A DNA stretch of 64,000 bases from an uncultured delta proteobacterium (GTDB lineage: Bacteria > Desulfobacterota > Desulfobaccia > Desulfobaccales > 0-14-0-80-60-11). Both the position numbers and the translations under genes were made by a program. The stretch spans positions 38,845 through 102,844 of the forward strand of contig CAWEFJ010000006.1 of NCBI GenBank assembly GCA_963808395.1, read 5' to 3'. This document shows positions 1 through 9,904 of the stretch, in pieces. Every line of letters starts with the position of its first letter. The first letter of the stretch is position 1. The notes under the pieces were generated by a model. The model was not told where the DNA came from, searched no databases, and worked only from the letters and a program-made list of their open reading frames with translations.

Positions 1-2096
1 ATCCTCCGGAGTGATCAGCACCGCGGGGGCGGCCGCCTTGCGGCCCGGAGCGGCGGCCACCGCCCGCCGCACCGCCTGGAGGGCGGCCCGGTGGCAAATC
101 CCCCCGATCTCGGCGCCGCTCAAGCCTTCGGTGCGAGCCGCCAGCTTGGCCGGGTCAATTCCCGGAGTTAATGGCTTGCCCCGCAGGTGCACCTGGAAGA
201 TCTGCCGGCGGTCCGCCTCGTCGGGAAGGGGCAGTTCGATGATCTCATCGAAGCGTCCCGGCCTCAGGACCGCGGGGTCCAAGATATCCAGACGGTTGGT
301 GGCTCCCAGCACCAATACCCCCTTCAGCTCCTCGATGCCGTCGAAATCCGCCAGAAACTGGCTCAGCACCCGTTCCGACACATGGGAATCGCTGCTTCCG
401 GCGCTGCGGGTGGGCAGCAGGGCGTCGATTTCGTCAAAGAAGACGATGCAAGGGGCCGCCTGCCTCGCCTTGTGGAACACCTCCCGCACCCCCCGCTCCG
501 ATTCCCCCACATACTTGGACATCAAGGCCGGCCCTTTGACCGACATGAAGTTCACCCCGCTTTCGTTGGCGAAGGCCTTGGCCAGCATGGTTTTGCCTAC
601 TCCCGGAGGCCCGGAGAGGAGGATGCCCTTGGGCGCCCGGATTCCCGCCTGCTCGAAAAATTGGGGATATTTCAGGGGCCACTCGATGGCCTCCTGGAGA
701 CGCTGCCGCACCGTCTCCAAACCTCCCACGTCCTCCCAGCGGACGTCCGGGACTTCCACAAACACCTCCCGGATGGCCGAGGGCTCCACGTCTCGCAGGG
801 CCGCCTGGAAATCGTCCCGGGTCACCTCCAGTTTGGCTATCTGTTCGTAGGGGATGCTGGCCAGGCCAAAATCGATGTCCGGCATGATGCGGCGCAGGCA
901 GATCATGGCGGCTTCCCGGCACAGGGCCTCCAGATCGGCGCCCACATAACCGTGGGTGATTTCCCCCAGATGCGGCAGGTCCACGTCCGGGGCCAAGGGC
1001 ATGCCCCGGCTGTGAATCTCCAGGATTTCCAGGCGGCCGTGGCGGTCGGGGATGGGGATGGAGATCTCCCGGTCGAAGCGGCCCGGCCGCCGCAAGGCCG
1101 GGTCCAAGGCGTTGGGAATGTTGGTGGCCGCGATGACGATGACGTTCTGGCGCCGGTTAAGGCCGTCCATCAAGGCCAGGAGCTGGGCCACCACCCTTTT
1201 CTCCACGTCCCCCACGGTTTGCTCCCGCTTGGGGGCGATGGCGTCCACTTCATCCAAAAAGACGATGCTGGGGCCCTTGCGGGAGGCTTCTTCAAAGATC
1301 TTGCGCAGGTGGGCTTCGCTCTCTCCGTAGAACTTGTGGATCACCTCGGGACCGCTCACCGAAAAAAAGTTGGCCTCGGTGGCGTGGGCAATGGCCCGGG
1401 CGATGAGGGTCTTCCCGGATCCCGGCGGGCCATGGAGCAACACCCCTTTGGGCGGGTCGATCCCCAGGCGCTCGAAGACCTCCGGGTAGCGCAGGGGCAG
1501 CTCGATCATCTCCCGGATGCGTTGCAACTGGGGCCGCAGTCCGCCGATGTCTTCGTAGGCAATGGCCTGGGGCCGATCTTCCACCCGCTCCTTACCCACT
1601 ACCAGGGTGGTGGTGGGGTTGATCATCACCGGCCCCTGGGGGGAGGTGCTTTCCACCTTGAAGTCGGCCCAGCGGCTGCCGAAGAGCACCGCCCGGATGC
1701 GGTCCCCGGCCACCAGGGGCAGTCCGTCCAACAGAGAGCCGATGTATTTCAGATCCCGCTCCCCGGGAGTAATGGTCATGGGGGTCAGGAGCACCCGGGC
1801 CGCGGCTTTGAAGGGAACCGGCCTTACCTGGACGGATTCATCGATCCCCGCGCCGGCGTTTTCCCGGCTCAGCCCATCCAACTGGATGCGGGACTGGCCC
1901 CGGAGTTCCTGGTAAGCGGGCATGGCCTTGCATACGGTCTGCCTTTTCCCGCCACCTCCACCAGGTCGCCGATGGCCACCCCCAGTCTCTCCAGGTCTTC
2001 CGGCCCCATGCGCGCCATAGCCCGCCCCACGTCCTTGCTCAGGGCCTCGGCCACTTTCAGTTTCAGGGGAGTTTCCTTAGGTAAAGGTTCAGGCAT
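1..2096 (-). CDS. CDC48/VAT-like double AAA+ ATPase (C-terminus runs off the window; one frame change near 1945-1950)
   Basis: Minus-strand translation gives an N-domain (LKVAEALSKDVGRAMARMGPEDLERLGVAIGDLVEVAGK). Two Walker A boxes follow: LLHGPPGSGKT (~1400-1430) and LLSGPPGVGKT (~590-620). Listed ORF 1869..2096 is only the N-terminal piece. After a G-run the next frame reads KRQTVCKAMPAYQELRGQSRIQLDG. The body is absent from the track, probably because it is open at the window edge. Confidence 0.85.
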
Positions 2097-2254
2097 CCAT
2101 CTTCTCCTTGATGAATCGGACCCAGATAGAGGATCACCAGGGGGATGATCCCCTGGTCTCTAATTTCTTAACTGACCGCGACCGCAGGCCAGGCGGCGAT
2201 CAGCCAGGGCTCATGATTTTCCGGGGACCGGAAACCGAAAACCGCGCCACTGCA

Positions 2255-2773
2255 TCACTTCCGGCACCTGATCTCCAGGATGCCGTTATTGCAGGTGATC
2301 TTCATCTTCTCCCGGGGATAGATCCCGGGCAGGAGCAGCTCCTTGCGGTACCTCTTCTCGTCTCTTTCCGCGATAATGGTCAGGAGATCGCCCTGGACCT
2401 CCAGGCGGATGTCCCCCGCCCGGATACCGGGCATCTCGGCGATGATCTGGAGGTGGTCCTTCTCTTTAAAGATATCCACCACCGGCTCCCGCACCTCCTG
2501 AACCACGGTTTCGCCGGACTTGGCATCCCGGCGCAGGTTGCCAAAGGGCTCCACCCGGACTTCCTCGCCCTTGAGCCCTCCCATGCGGACGTTGACGCCA
2601 TAGATTCCCCGGAGGCCCTCTTTGGTCTCAAATTGACCGGATCTTTTCAGCTGTTCCCCTTTTTCCGCCAGGTCTCCCAGCTTTTCCACCAGGTTGGCCA
2701 GGCCCTTGAACATGCTGCCGACGCCGGCGCCCCATTCCGCTTCCCTTTTCGGGCTCTCTCCCTTTTTGGTCAT
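2255..2773 (-). CDS. Hsp20/alpha-crystallin family small heat-shock protein
   Basis: 172-aa ORF with a readable alpha-crystallin domain (VDIFKEKDHLQIIAEMPGIRAGDIRLEVQGDLLTIIAERDEK...NNGILEIRC). It starts 8 nt after the stop of the regulator gene on the same strand. Confidence 0.85.
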   Translation of the reverse strand: MTKKGESPKREAEWGAGVGSMFKGLANLVEKLGDLAEKGEQLKRSGQFETKEGLRGIYGVNVRMGGLKGEEVRVEPFGNLRRDAKSGETVVQEVREPVVDIFKEKDHLQIIAEMPGIRAGDIRLEVQGDLLTIIAERDEKRYRKELLLPGIYPREKMKITCNNGILEIRCRK

Positions 2774-2781
2774 GTTCCCCC

Positions 2782-4209
2782 TCAGAGGTAATTGATGCCG
2801 TGCTGTTTGACTTTCAGGTGCATGGTCTTGTAATCGATGGAAAGTATCCGGGCGGCCTTGGCCTTGTTGCCATGGGTTTGCTGCAAGGCCTGGATGAGGA
2901 CCTCCTTTTCCACCCGGTCCACGTTGCGGCGCACGATCTCCTTGAGGGAGAGGTCGCGCCAGGAGGTCTCCGGCGTCCGGGAAGGCAGGGATTGCGCCAG
3001 CGCCCCGGTCCCCTGGATATTAAGATGGCTCGGGGTGATGAGCTCCCGGGCCAGGAGCACCGCGCGCCGGATCACGGAGCGCAGCTGCCGGACGTTGCCC
3101 GGCCAAAGATAAGAAGACAGGACCTCCAGGGCGCCGCTGGAGAACCCTTTCACCTCCTTGCGGAGCTCGGCGTTGGTCAGGTCCAGAAACCGCCCGGCCA
3201 GGTAGGGAATGTCTTCCTGGCGGTCCCGGAGAGGCGGGAGGTTGATGCTGAATTCATTGAGGCGGTAGTACAGGTCCCGCCGAAAGGCGCCAGCCGCCAC
3301 CACCGCCTCCAGGTCCTGATTGGTGGCGGCCAGCAGCCGGATATCCACTTTCAAGGGGGTGTGGCCTCCCAGCCGCTGGATGGTCTTTTCCTGCAAGACC
3401 CGGAGCAGTTTGGCCTGGGAGCCCGAGGGCAGGTTGGAGATCTCATCCAAAAACAGGGTTCCTCCCCCGGCAATCTCCAATTTGCCTGCTTTCCTGGCGT
3501 CGGCGCCGGTGAAGGCCCCCTTTTCATAGCCGAACAGCTCGCTCTCCAACAAGGCCTCGGGGATGGCGCCGCAGTCCACCGCCACAAAGGGGCCGGCGGC
3601 CCGGGGGCTGTGCCGGTGGATGGCGGCGGCCACCAACTCCTTGCCGGAGCCGGTCTCGCCCAGGATGACCACGGAGAAATCGGAATGGGCCACCCGGTTG
3701 ACCTCGGTGATCAGCCGGGCGACGGCATCGCTGGGGCCCATGGACTCCCGGAGGCTGCCACCGCTATTGCTATCCGCTCCGCCCCCCCCCATGCCCTTGC
3801 GGCCCTGCCGCTCATCCAGGGCCCGGTGCAGCAGGCGGATGACCTCCCGGTGCTGGAAGGGCTTGGCAAGATAATCGTGGGCCCCGGCCCGCATGGCCGC
3901 CACTGCCTGGTTGACCCCGGCATAAGCGGTGATCATGATGACCGGCAGGTCCGGGTCCATCTCCCTGGCCTTCTTTAACAGCTCCAGGCCGTCCCGGTCG
4001 GGCAGATGCACATCCGCCAACATCACCTCGGCTCCCCGGAGGCGGAGCAATTCCAGGGCCGAGTGGCCGTCCGCCGCGGTCAGCGGAGTGAACCCCTCCT
4101 TGCGAACCAGGCGCGCCAGGATCTCCCGGAGATCCTGGTCGTCATCGACAATCAATACCCCTGAGCCCCTGGGCATTTCGCTACCTCCATGAGATAATGA
4201 GCTGCGCAT
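2782..4209 (-). CDS. NtrC-family sigma-54-dependent response regulator (REC + AAA+ + Fis-type HTH)
   Basis: Receiver domain (VLIVDDDQDLREIL...ADVHLPDRDG). Sigma-54 interaction core (GETGSGKELVA, EKGAFTGA, LFLDEISNL). C-terminal HTH (GNKAKAARILSIDYKTMHLKVKQ). An alternative start lies at 4176 (MPRGSG). Confidence 0.92.
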   Translation of the reverse strand: MRSSLSHGGSEMPRGSGVLIVDDDQDLREILARLVRKEGFTPLTAADGHSALELLRLRGAEVMLADVHLPDRDGLELLKKAREMDPDLPVIMITAYAGVNQAVAAMRAGAHDYLAKPFQHREVIRLLHRALDERQGRKGMGGGGADSNSGGSLRESMGPSDAVARLITEVNRVAHSDFSVVILGETGSGKELVAAAIHRHSPRAAGPFVAVDCGAIPEALLESELFGYEKGAFTGADARKAGKLEIAGGGTLFLDEISNLPSGSQAKLLRVLQEKTIQRLGGHTPLKVDIRLLAATNQDLEAVVAAGAFRRDLYYRLNEFSINLPPLRDRQEDIPYLAGRFLDLTNAELRKEVKGFSSGALEVLSSYLWPGNVRQLRSVIRRAVLLARELITPSHLNIQGTGALAQSLPSRTPETSWRDLSLKEIVRRNVDRVEKEVLIQALQQTHGNKAKAARILSIDYKTMHLKVKQHGINYL

Positions 4210-4570
4210 CTTGCCTCTTCCCAGGAAGCGCCCGGCTGTATGGGGCGATAGGGGGGGAAGCCTCGCAGCAGGATTTCAAGTTTCTCTTAGGGGACCAGAA
4301 GGCTCCTCGGGCTTCGCCAGTCTGCAGGCAGATGGAGACATGACCCGAAACCACTCTTAAGGTGGCCAGGGCAAACTTTCTGTTACGGGAAAACCGCCCG
4401 CTCCCGGAAGCAGGCAGGCCGGGTCAGGCGGCATGGGGGGAGATACCAGGCAGCGGACGGGAGCCCACGCCGCCATGACCCGACTGCCAATAGCATCGGC
4501 TCAGTTGCCGAAAAACTTAACAGGTCATCTATTTTTCTGACCCACTTTTGAAAATTCTCATCGCGCCTAC

Positions 4571-4586
4571 TTCAAGAATAGTGCCA
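4571..4586 (-). promoter_or_regulatory. weak sigma-54 promoter-like motif upstream of the regulator-hsp20-cdc48 operon
   Basis: The minus strand reads TGGCAC-TATTC-TTGAA. The -24 box is perfect, but the -12 box has TTGA instead of TTGC. It lies about 365 nt upstream of the regulator start. Confidence 0.25.
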
Positions 4587-4987
4587 GCGACCCCCAAATT
4601 AGATAAAGCGGGGGATATCAGGAGGGTAGGTTAAAAGGCAGGCAATCTTTACCTAAATAATTCTCATTTTTTTTGAATTTATTCTTGTATGATAATAATT
4701 TCTTATTTGGCGAGAAAAAGGCCGCGCCCCCCGGGGCGCCTGTGGAGGAGGGCGCCGCGGCAACCCCGGGGCGGCTGCGCGGCTCGCCGCGGCCAATAAT
4801 CGGGAAAAATTAGGCCGGCGGCATAATCCCCAGGTGTTCTTGACGGCCCGGCATGATATATTGCTCATCCAAAGGCGCCGGGGCGCCGGGGAGCTACGGG
4901 GAAACCCGGGTGCGCCCCGGAAGGAAACGGCTTTAAGACCGGCTGCCAGCCAGGCCAGCCCCAGGGTGGGGCAGCGGGAGAGTCCTC

Positions 4988-6448
4988 ATGTCGGCCAGGG
5001 GGAAGATCGACAAGATTCTGATCGCCAACCGGGGCGAGATCGCCGTGCGCATCATGCGCTCCGCCCAGGAATTGGGCCTCAAGGTGGTGGCCATCTACGA
5101 GGAGACCGACAAGGACGCCTTCCATATCATGCGGGCCGATGAGGCGGTGTGCATCGGCCCCGGCCCCCGGAAGGATTACCTGAATATCGACAAGATCATC
5201 GAGGCGGCCAAGAGAGACCGGGGCCCAGGCCATCCACCCGGGCTACGGCTTTCTGGCGGAAAATCCCGACTTCCCCGAAGCCTGCACCAATGCGGGCCTG
5301 GTGTTCATCGGGCCGCCCCCGGAGGTGATCCGCAACCTGGGGAGCAAGGTCATCGCCCGCAAAATCGCCCAGGAGACCGGCATCCCGGTGATTCCCGCCA
5401 CCGCCAGCCTGCCCCCGGGGGCCCCGGGGGAGAGGCAGGCCCTGGAGTTCGCGGCGACCCACGGCTATCCCCTGATGATCAAGGCGGTTTCGGGCGGCGG
5501 CGGCCGGGGGATTCGCCAGGTGGAGGATGAGAAGCAACTGCTGGCCGGGCTGCGAGCAATCCCGGGCCGAGGCCCTGATGTCCTTCGGGGACGACGACAT
5601 CTACCTGGAAAAGCGGGTGCACCGGCCCCGGCACGTGGAGGTCCAGATCCTGGCCGATGACTACGGCAACGTGGTGCACCTCGGCACCCGGAACTGCTCC
5701 ATCCAGCGCCGCCACCAGAAACTCATCGAGATCGCCCCCGCCGGGCTGGACCCGGCTTTGACCGCAGGAGATCTGCGACGGCCGCGGTGCGGGTCGTCCG
5801 GGCCGCCAATTATCTCAGCGCCGGCACGGTGGAATTTCTGGTGGAGCCCGACGGCACCTATTACTTCCTGGAAGTGAACACCCGCCTCCAGGTGGAGCAT
5901 ACCGTCACCGAGGTGGTGACCGGCATCGATATCGTCCGGGAGCAGCTCCTCATCGCCATGGGCGAGCCCATCAGCTTTTCCCAGGACCAGGTGGTGGAGC
6001 GCGGCTACGCCATCGAGCTGCGGATCAACGCCGAAGACCCGAAAAACGATTTTCTGCGCCAGCCCCGGCGTGGTGCAGGTCTACCAGTCCTCCGTCGGCC
6101 ACGGGGTCCGGCTGGACGGCGCCATCTACCAGGGTTACGAAATCACGCCCGTATTACGACTCCCTGATGGTGAAACTCACGGTCTACGGCTTCACCTGGC
6201 GGGAGGCGGTGGACCGCATGGCCCGGGCCCTCAAGGGGTTTCTCATCATCGGGGTGAAGACCACCATCCCCTACTTTCAGCAGATCGTCCACGAGCCGGA
6301 TTTTATCGCGCATGCAGCTGGACACCGCCTATATCGACGACCACCCCCAACTCCTGGATTACCGGGAGGAGGAGCGGGAGGTGGACAAGATGGCCCGCCT
6401 CATCGCCGAAATCAACGCCCATGGCAAGAACCCTTATGCGTTAAGTGA
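4988..6448 (+). CDS. biotin carboxylase subunit (pyruvate carboxylase subunit A / AccC-like), at least 6 frame changes
   Basis: ATP-grasp biotin carboxylase pieces are spread over ORFs starting at 4988, 5301, 5527, 5787, 6070, 6167 and 6312. Readable pieces: [86 protein letters not shown]. The 3' end is uncertain: TAA at 6442 and TGA at 6446 lie in the two other frames. Confidence 0.85.
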
Positions 6449-6450
6449 AG

Positions 6451-6508
6451 CAAGGTCAAAGTTCAAGGTTCAAAGTTCAAGGTTCAAAGTCTGGAACTCG
6501 AACTCAAC
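6451..6508. repeat. tandem heptamer array (CAAAGTT/CAAGGTT units, then GAACTCG/AACTCAA)
   Basis: caaggtcaaagttcaaggttcaaagttcaaggttcaaagtctggaactcgaactcaac, located between the two carboxylase genes. Confidence 0.9.
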
Positions 6509-6575
6509 TAGACTGGGCGACTCGATTACATGCTGGCCTTGCCCCTACCTTGAACTCTTTTGGAGGGAAAGAACC

Positions 6576-8318
6576 ATGGCAGGGCGAATTTACCAGAGGA
6601 TGGAGCCGGCGCGACATCCTGGCAAGCTCCGGGAGGCGGAGGGCTATTACCTGTGCAACAACGAGCGGGATGTGTCCCAGTCCGACTTCAAGAACCGGCT
6701 CATGCCCATGACCACGGTGCGGGTGGCGCCGTCCCGGGACGCCGCGGGTTTTTTCTCGGTGGAGGTGAGCGGCGGCGCCTCCGTCCACGTGGACCTGATG
6801 CGCAAGCAGGTGAACCCCTTCGAGCGGCTGCGCATCATCCGCAAGGCCATGCCCCGGACCCTGCTGCAGACCGTCGTGCCGGGGGCTCCAGCCTCTTCGG
6901 CTACCGCCATTATCCGGAAAACGTCATCCGCCTGGTGGTGCGGGAGTTCGCCCGCTACGTGGACGTCTGGCGGGTCTATGATTTCCTCAATCACGTGCCC
7001 AACCTGGTCCCGGTGTTCGAGGAGGTGCAGCGGGCCGGGCGGCTGCTCATGCCCAGCATCTGCTTCTCCACCGGCAAGGAGCACACCGACGGCTATTATG
7101 TGGACAAGGTGGGGGAGATCCTGACGGTCACCGGCCCCGACGTCATCATCTCCATCAAGAATTACGCCGGCCTGGGGACCCCCAAGCGCCTGGGCCACCT
7201 GGTGGAGGCCATCTGAGCCGGCCTTTCCCGGCATCATCCTCCACTATCACGGCTGCAACACCGACGGCAACGACATCGGCCGCATGAGCGCCGCGGTCCT
7301 GGCGGGGGCGAAGATCGTGGACGTGGCGGACCACGGCTACGGCGCGATCTACGGCCAGGCCCCGGCCCTCACCCTGATCCAGGCCCTGGAGGACTACGGC
7401 AAAAAGGCCGTGGGGGTGGACATCCCGGCGCTCATCAAGTCTTCGGATCTCCTGCGCCAGGAACGGAAGATCTATGAGCCCTTCGAGAGCCCCTTCCGGG
7501 GGCACGACCCCACCGTGGCGCACTACAAGCTCACCGGCGGCGCGGTGGGCAGCGCCTTTGAGCAGGCGGACCAAGGGGGGTTTTCTGGAGCGCATGCCGG
7601 AAATCCTCAAGGAAATGGCCCGGGTGCAGGTGGAGCTGGGGAACTGGTGGTCGGTGACCCCGGGGTCCCAGATCCTCTGGACCACCGCGGTGAACAACGT
7701 CCTCTACGGGCGCTACGAGCGGCCCTCCCTGGACCTGCAGAACCTCCTCCTGGGGCGCTACGGGCCCCTGCCGTTTTATGAGCCGGAGGCCTGGATCTGT
7801 GAAAAAGTCCTGGAATACCAGCGCTACGACGGCAAGAAGTGGCGGCAGATCCTGGCGGAGGAGCGGGGCCTGGCGCACCCGCCGGGACGCCGACCTGGAG
7901 CTGGAGCGGCGGCGCCTGGAAGCCGAATTGGGGCGGCCGGCCTCCGACGAGGACCTGGTCCTCTACCTGCAGTTTCCCTTCGATGCCCTGTCGTATTTCA
8001 AGTTCGAGGCCCAATACGGCAAGACCTGGCTGTTGCCGCCGGAGGTCTGGTTTCGCCGGGGCGGCTTCAAGGACGGCGAGCGCCTCAGCTTCGCCGACGA
8101 ATACGGGGTGCCCCACTGACATCGAGGTGATCTCCACCCGCCGGGAAGGGGGCAACGTCATCACCACCCTGGTGGTGGACCATAGTTTGCGGACCTTCAG
8201 CGTCCAGGTGGAAGGCCGAGGGAGTCGCCGCGGCGGCCGTTTAGCCGGTGGGCGAATCCTCAAAGCCTCACCCGCCCGGATGCCCCAGGGGAAACTCAGG
8301 GAATTCTCGCCGGCCTGA
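6576..8318 (+). CDS. carboxyltransferase subunit (pyruvate carboxylase subunit B / oxaloacetate decarboxylase alpha-like), at least 5 frame changes; 3' end uncertain
   Basis: ATG at 6576 is preceded by GGAGGG. Domain pieces lie across ORFs 6312, 6560, 7284, 7474, 7778 and 7839: NNERDVSQSDFKNRLMP, FSVEVSGGASVHVDLM, DVWRVYDFLNHVPNL, IISIKNYAGLGTP, ILHYHGCNTDGNDIG, GSQILWTTAVNNVL, DIEVISTRREGGNVITTLVVDHSLRTFSVQVEG. One frame stops at 8119 and the following frame runs to 8318. No complete biotinyl (AMKM) domain is seen. Confidence 0.75.
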
Positions 8319-8336
8319 GGGGAGAAGGAGAAATCG

Positions 8337-8741
8337 ATGAGAACAAAAGTGGGTTTGTGGATTGACCATAGAAAGGCGATTATCGTGGCTGTTACGGACA
8401 AAGGGGAAGAGATAGGACTGATCATATCGAAGGTTGAAAAACAGCTCCGCCGTTCTGGTGATTCACCTCTTAAGGGTCCCTATGAACCACAGCAAGTACC
8501 GGCACAGGATAGCCGCCAGAGAAGGGTTACGGGACATCTCAACATTTACTACGATGCGGTAATTGCGTGTATCCGGGATGCAGAATCTATTCTGATATTT
8601 GGTCCTGGTGAGGCAAAGGGCGAACTGAAAAGACGTCTTGAAAGAAACAACCTCGGTGGACGCATCGTGGGTATTGAAACAGTTGACAAGATGACGGATC
8701 GTCAGATTGCGGCGAAAGTTCGACAGCACTTTCCAACCTAG
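8337..8741 (+). CDS. hypothetical 134-aa protein on an AT-rich islet (possible eRF1-fold / host-attachment-like small protein)
   Basis: Clean ORF with GGAGAAGGAG just upstream. The function guess rests only on remembered pattern resemblance (WIDHRKAIIV...ILIFGPGEAKGELKRRL...KMTDRQIAAKV). Confidence 0.6.
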   Translation: MRTKVGLWIDHRKAIIVAVTDKGEEIGLIISKVEKQLRRSGDSPLKGPYEPQQVPAQDSRQRRVTGHLNIYYDAVIACIRDAESILIFGPGEAKGELKRRLERNNLGGRIVGIETVDKMTDRQIAAKVRQHFPT

Positions 8742-8790
8742 CGTTCGGGAATTGGATATTCCCGAGTTTAACCCCGCAAACGTTCCACTA

Positions 8791-8830
8791 TCTCAGGAAT
8801 GAGGCCCAGCCAGCGGCCTCATTCCTGAGA
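8791..8830. terminator. perfect 16-bp hairpin between convergent genes (bidirectional terminator candidate)
   Basis: TCTCAGGAATGAGGCC-cagccagc-GGCCTCATTCCTGAGA, followed by TTTGCC. Confidence 0.7.
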
Positions 8831-8867
8831 TTTGCCAGTCGTTTTAAGGAGCCAGGTATCGGCAGGT

Positions 8868-9312
8868 TTACTTAGCCGCCGCCTTCTTCCTGCCTCCCTG
8901 TTTTCCAAAGCCTCTATCCTTGGCCATCTGACTGCGCTTGGCCGAATACTCCCTGCACACCAGAGGAAATTTTTTCGGATCCAGCCCAAATTGTTTATGG
9001 TATTCCTTGGGCAGTAATCCATGGGCTTTCTTGAGATGTGCTTTCAAGGTGCGGCATTTTTTGCCGCACTCCAGACAAACCACAAATTTTTCCGTAACGA
9101 TGTCTTTCAAAGGTATCGGCGGTTTCTTCACCACTGGGGCCCCCGGAGCTTTTTCAGAAGCCATGATCTCTGGAGACCACACCGGCTTCCAGAGAAGACA
9201 AGACGCCGTAGATCTCTTTAATTTCGTCGACTAATTCCTGGGGAGATAATTCGGTCATAGATGCATGGGAAATGACAACCTCTGCTGTTAATTTCAAAAT
9301 TTCAGTGGCCAT
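8868..9312 (-). CDS. mucR: Ros/MucR family zinc-finger transcriptional regulator (one frame change between ~9157 and 9200)
   Basis: The N-terminal piece from ATG 9312 (MATEILKLTAEVVISHASMTELSPQELVDEIKEIYGVLSSLEAG) stops at 9154. The C-terminal piece is ORF 8868..9182 (KFVVCLECGKKCRTLKAHLKKAHGLLPKEYHKQFGLDPKKFPLVCREYSAKRSQMAKDRGFG). Confidence 0.8.
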
Positions 9313-9705
9313 GGAAGTTCTCCTCTCTCTTTGGCGTAATGGATAAATCGATGTAAGGATGTTATTATTTTTTAGTTTCCTTTTGTCAAGGAAATTATGT
9401 CAATAAACAGGAGTCAGGTTAAAGTTAACATGAGATATCTGGGTTCGCAGGCTGGTATGCCAATATTTCTGACTTATAATCGGAGCTCTATAGGATATTG
9501 AGCCTTGCGGTTTTCAGGTTTTACTTTTGCTAATCCGACCTCTTTCCGGGCGAGCGGCCAAGGTGCGCATCCGGCGCGAATTTCCGGGCCGATTTAACAT
9601 TGGGGCCGGGGTTGACATCAAAGAATACTCAGCGGCCACTGCCGCGGGGAATTCCTCACAAATATTTATGTGGCATTATTTCCGCATAAACAATATAATG
9701 TATAT

Positions 9706-9800
9706 GAAAGGTGAACGATTGAGGTTATCCCCCTCCTTGATTCATCCCTTTCGCCAAAGCAGGCTGGCCGGAGGAACTCCCTTCCTCCGGCCAGTTTTTT
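9706..9800 (+). ncRNA. candidate ~95-nt small RNA (promoter-like TATAAT to strong intrinsic terminator)
   Basis: Perfect TATAAT at 9694-9699, with weak TGGCAT 17 nt upstream. The body contains CCCCCTCCTT (9729-9738). It ends in a 13-bp GC-rich hairpin plus T6. No stop-bounded small ORF is present. Confidence 0.3.
9764..9800 (+). terminator. rho-independent terminator
   Basis: CTGGCCGGAGGAA-ctccc-TTCCTCCGGCCAG followed by TTTTTT. Confidence 0.8.
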
Positions 9801-9904
9801 GCGCGGCACCTAAGATCCCGGCCGGAGCGGGGTGGCCGCCCAGGATGGGAGGCAGCCAGGAGAGTGCCCCGGCGCCGGGGCAATCTGCTCCCCGGCGGCC
9901 GCAG

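Noticed and set aside
187-2148. 653-aa plus-strand ORF (and 11..850, 1052..1330, 1562..1915)
   Set aside because: It is antisense to the CDC48-like gene, whose Walker A/B motifs read cleanly on the minus strand. The composition is Gly/Arg/Pro/His-rich, typical of antisense frames in GC-rich DNA, and no motifs are present.
2800-3978. 392-aa plus-strand ORF
   Set aside because: Antisense to the sigma-54 activator gene; low-complexity composition.
4840-4862. TTGACG ... TATATT upstream of the biotin carboxylase gene as a sigma-70 promoter
   Set aside because: The spacer is only 11 nt, which is incompatible with a standard -35/-10 arrangement.
4653-4868. 71-aa ORF in the 780-nt intergenic region upstream of the carboxylase genes
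   Set aside because: Arg/Pro/Ala-rich, with no RBS. It spans an AT-rich promoter-like stretch. No support as a gene.
8280-9660. Direct repeats flanking the AT-rich MucR islet (GGGAATTCTCGCC vs GGGGAATTCCTCAC)
   Set aside because: The match is only ~10 nt and imperfect, so it is indistinguishable from chance. No att-like duplication can be claimed for this islet.
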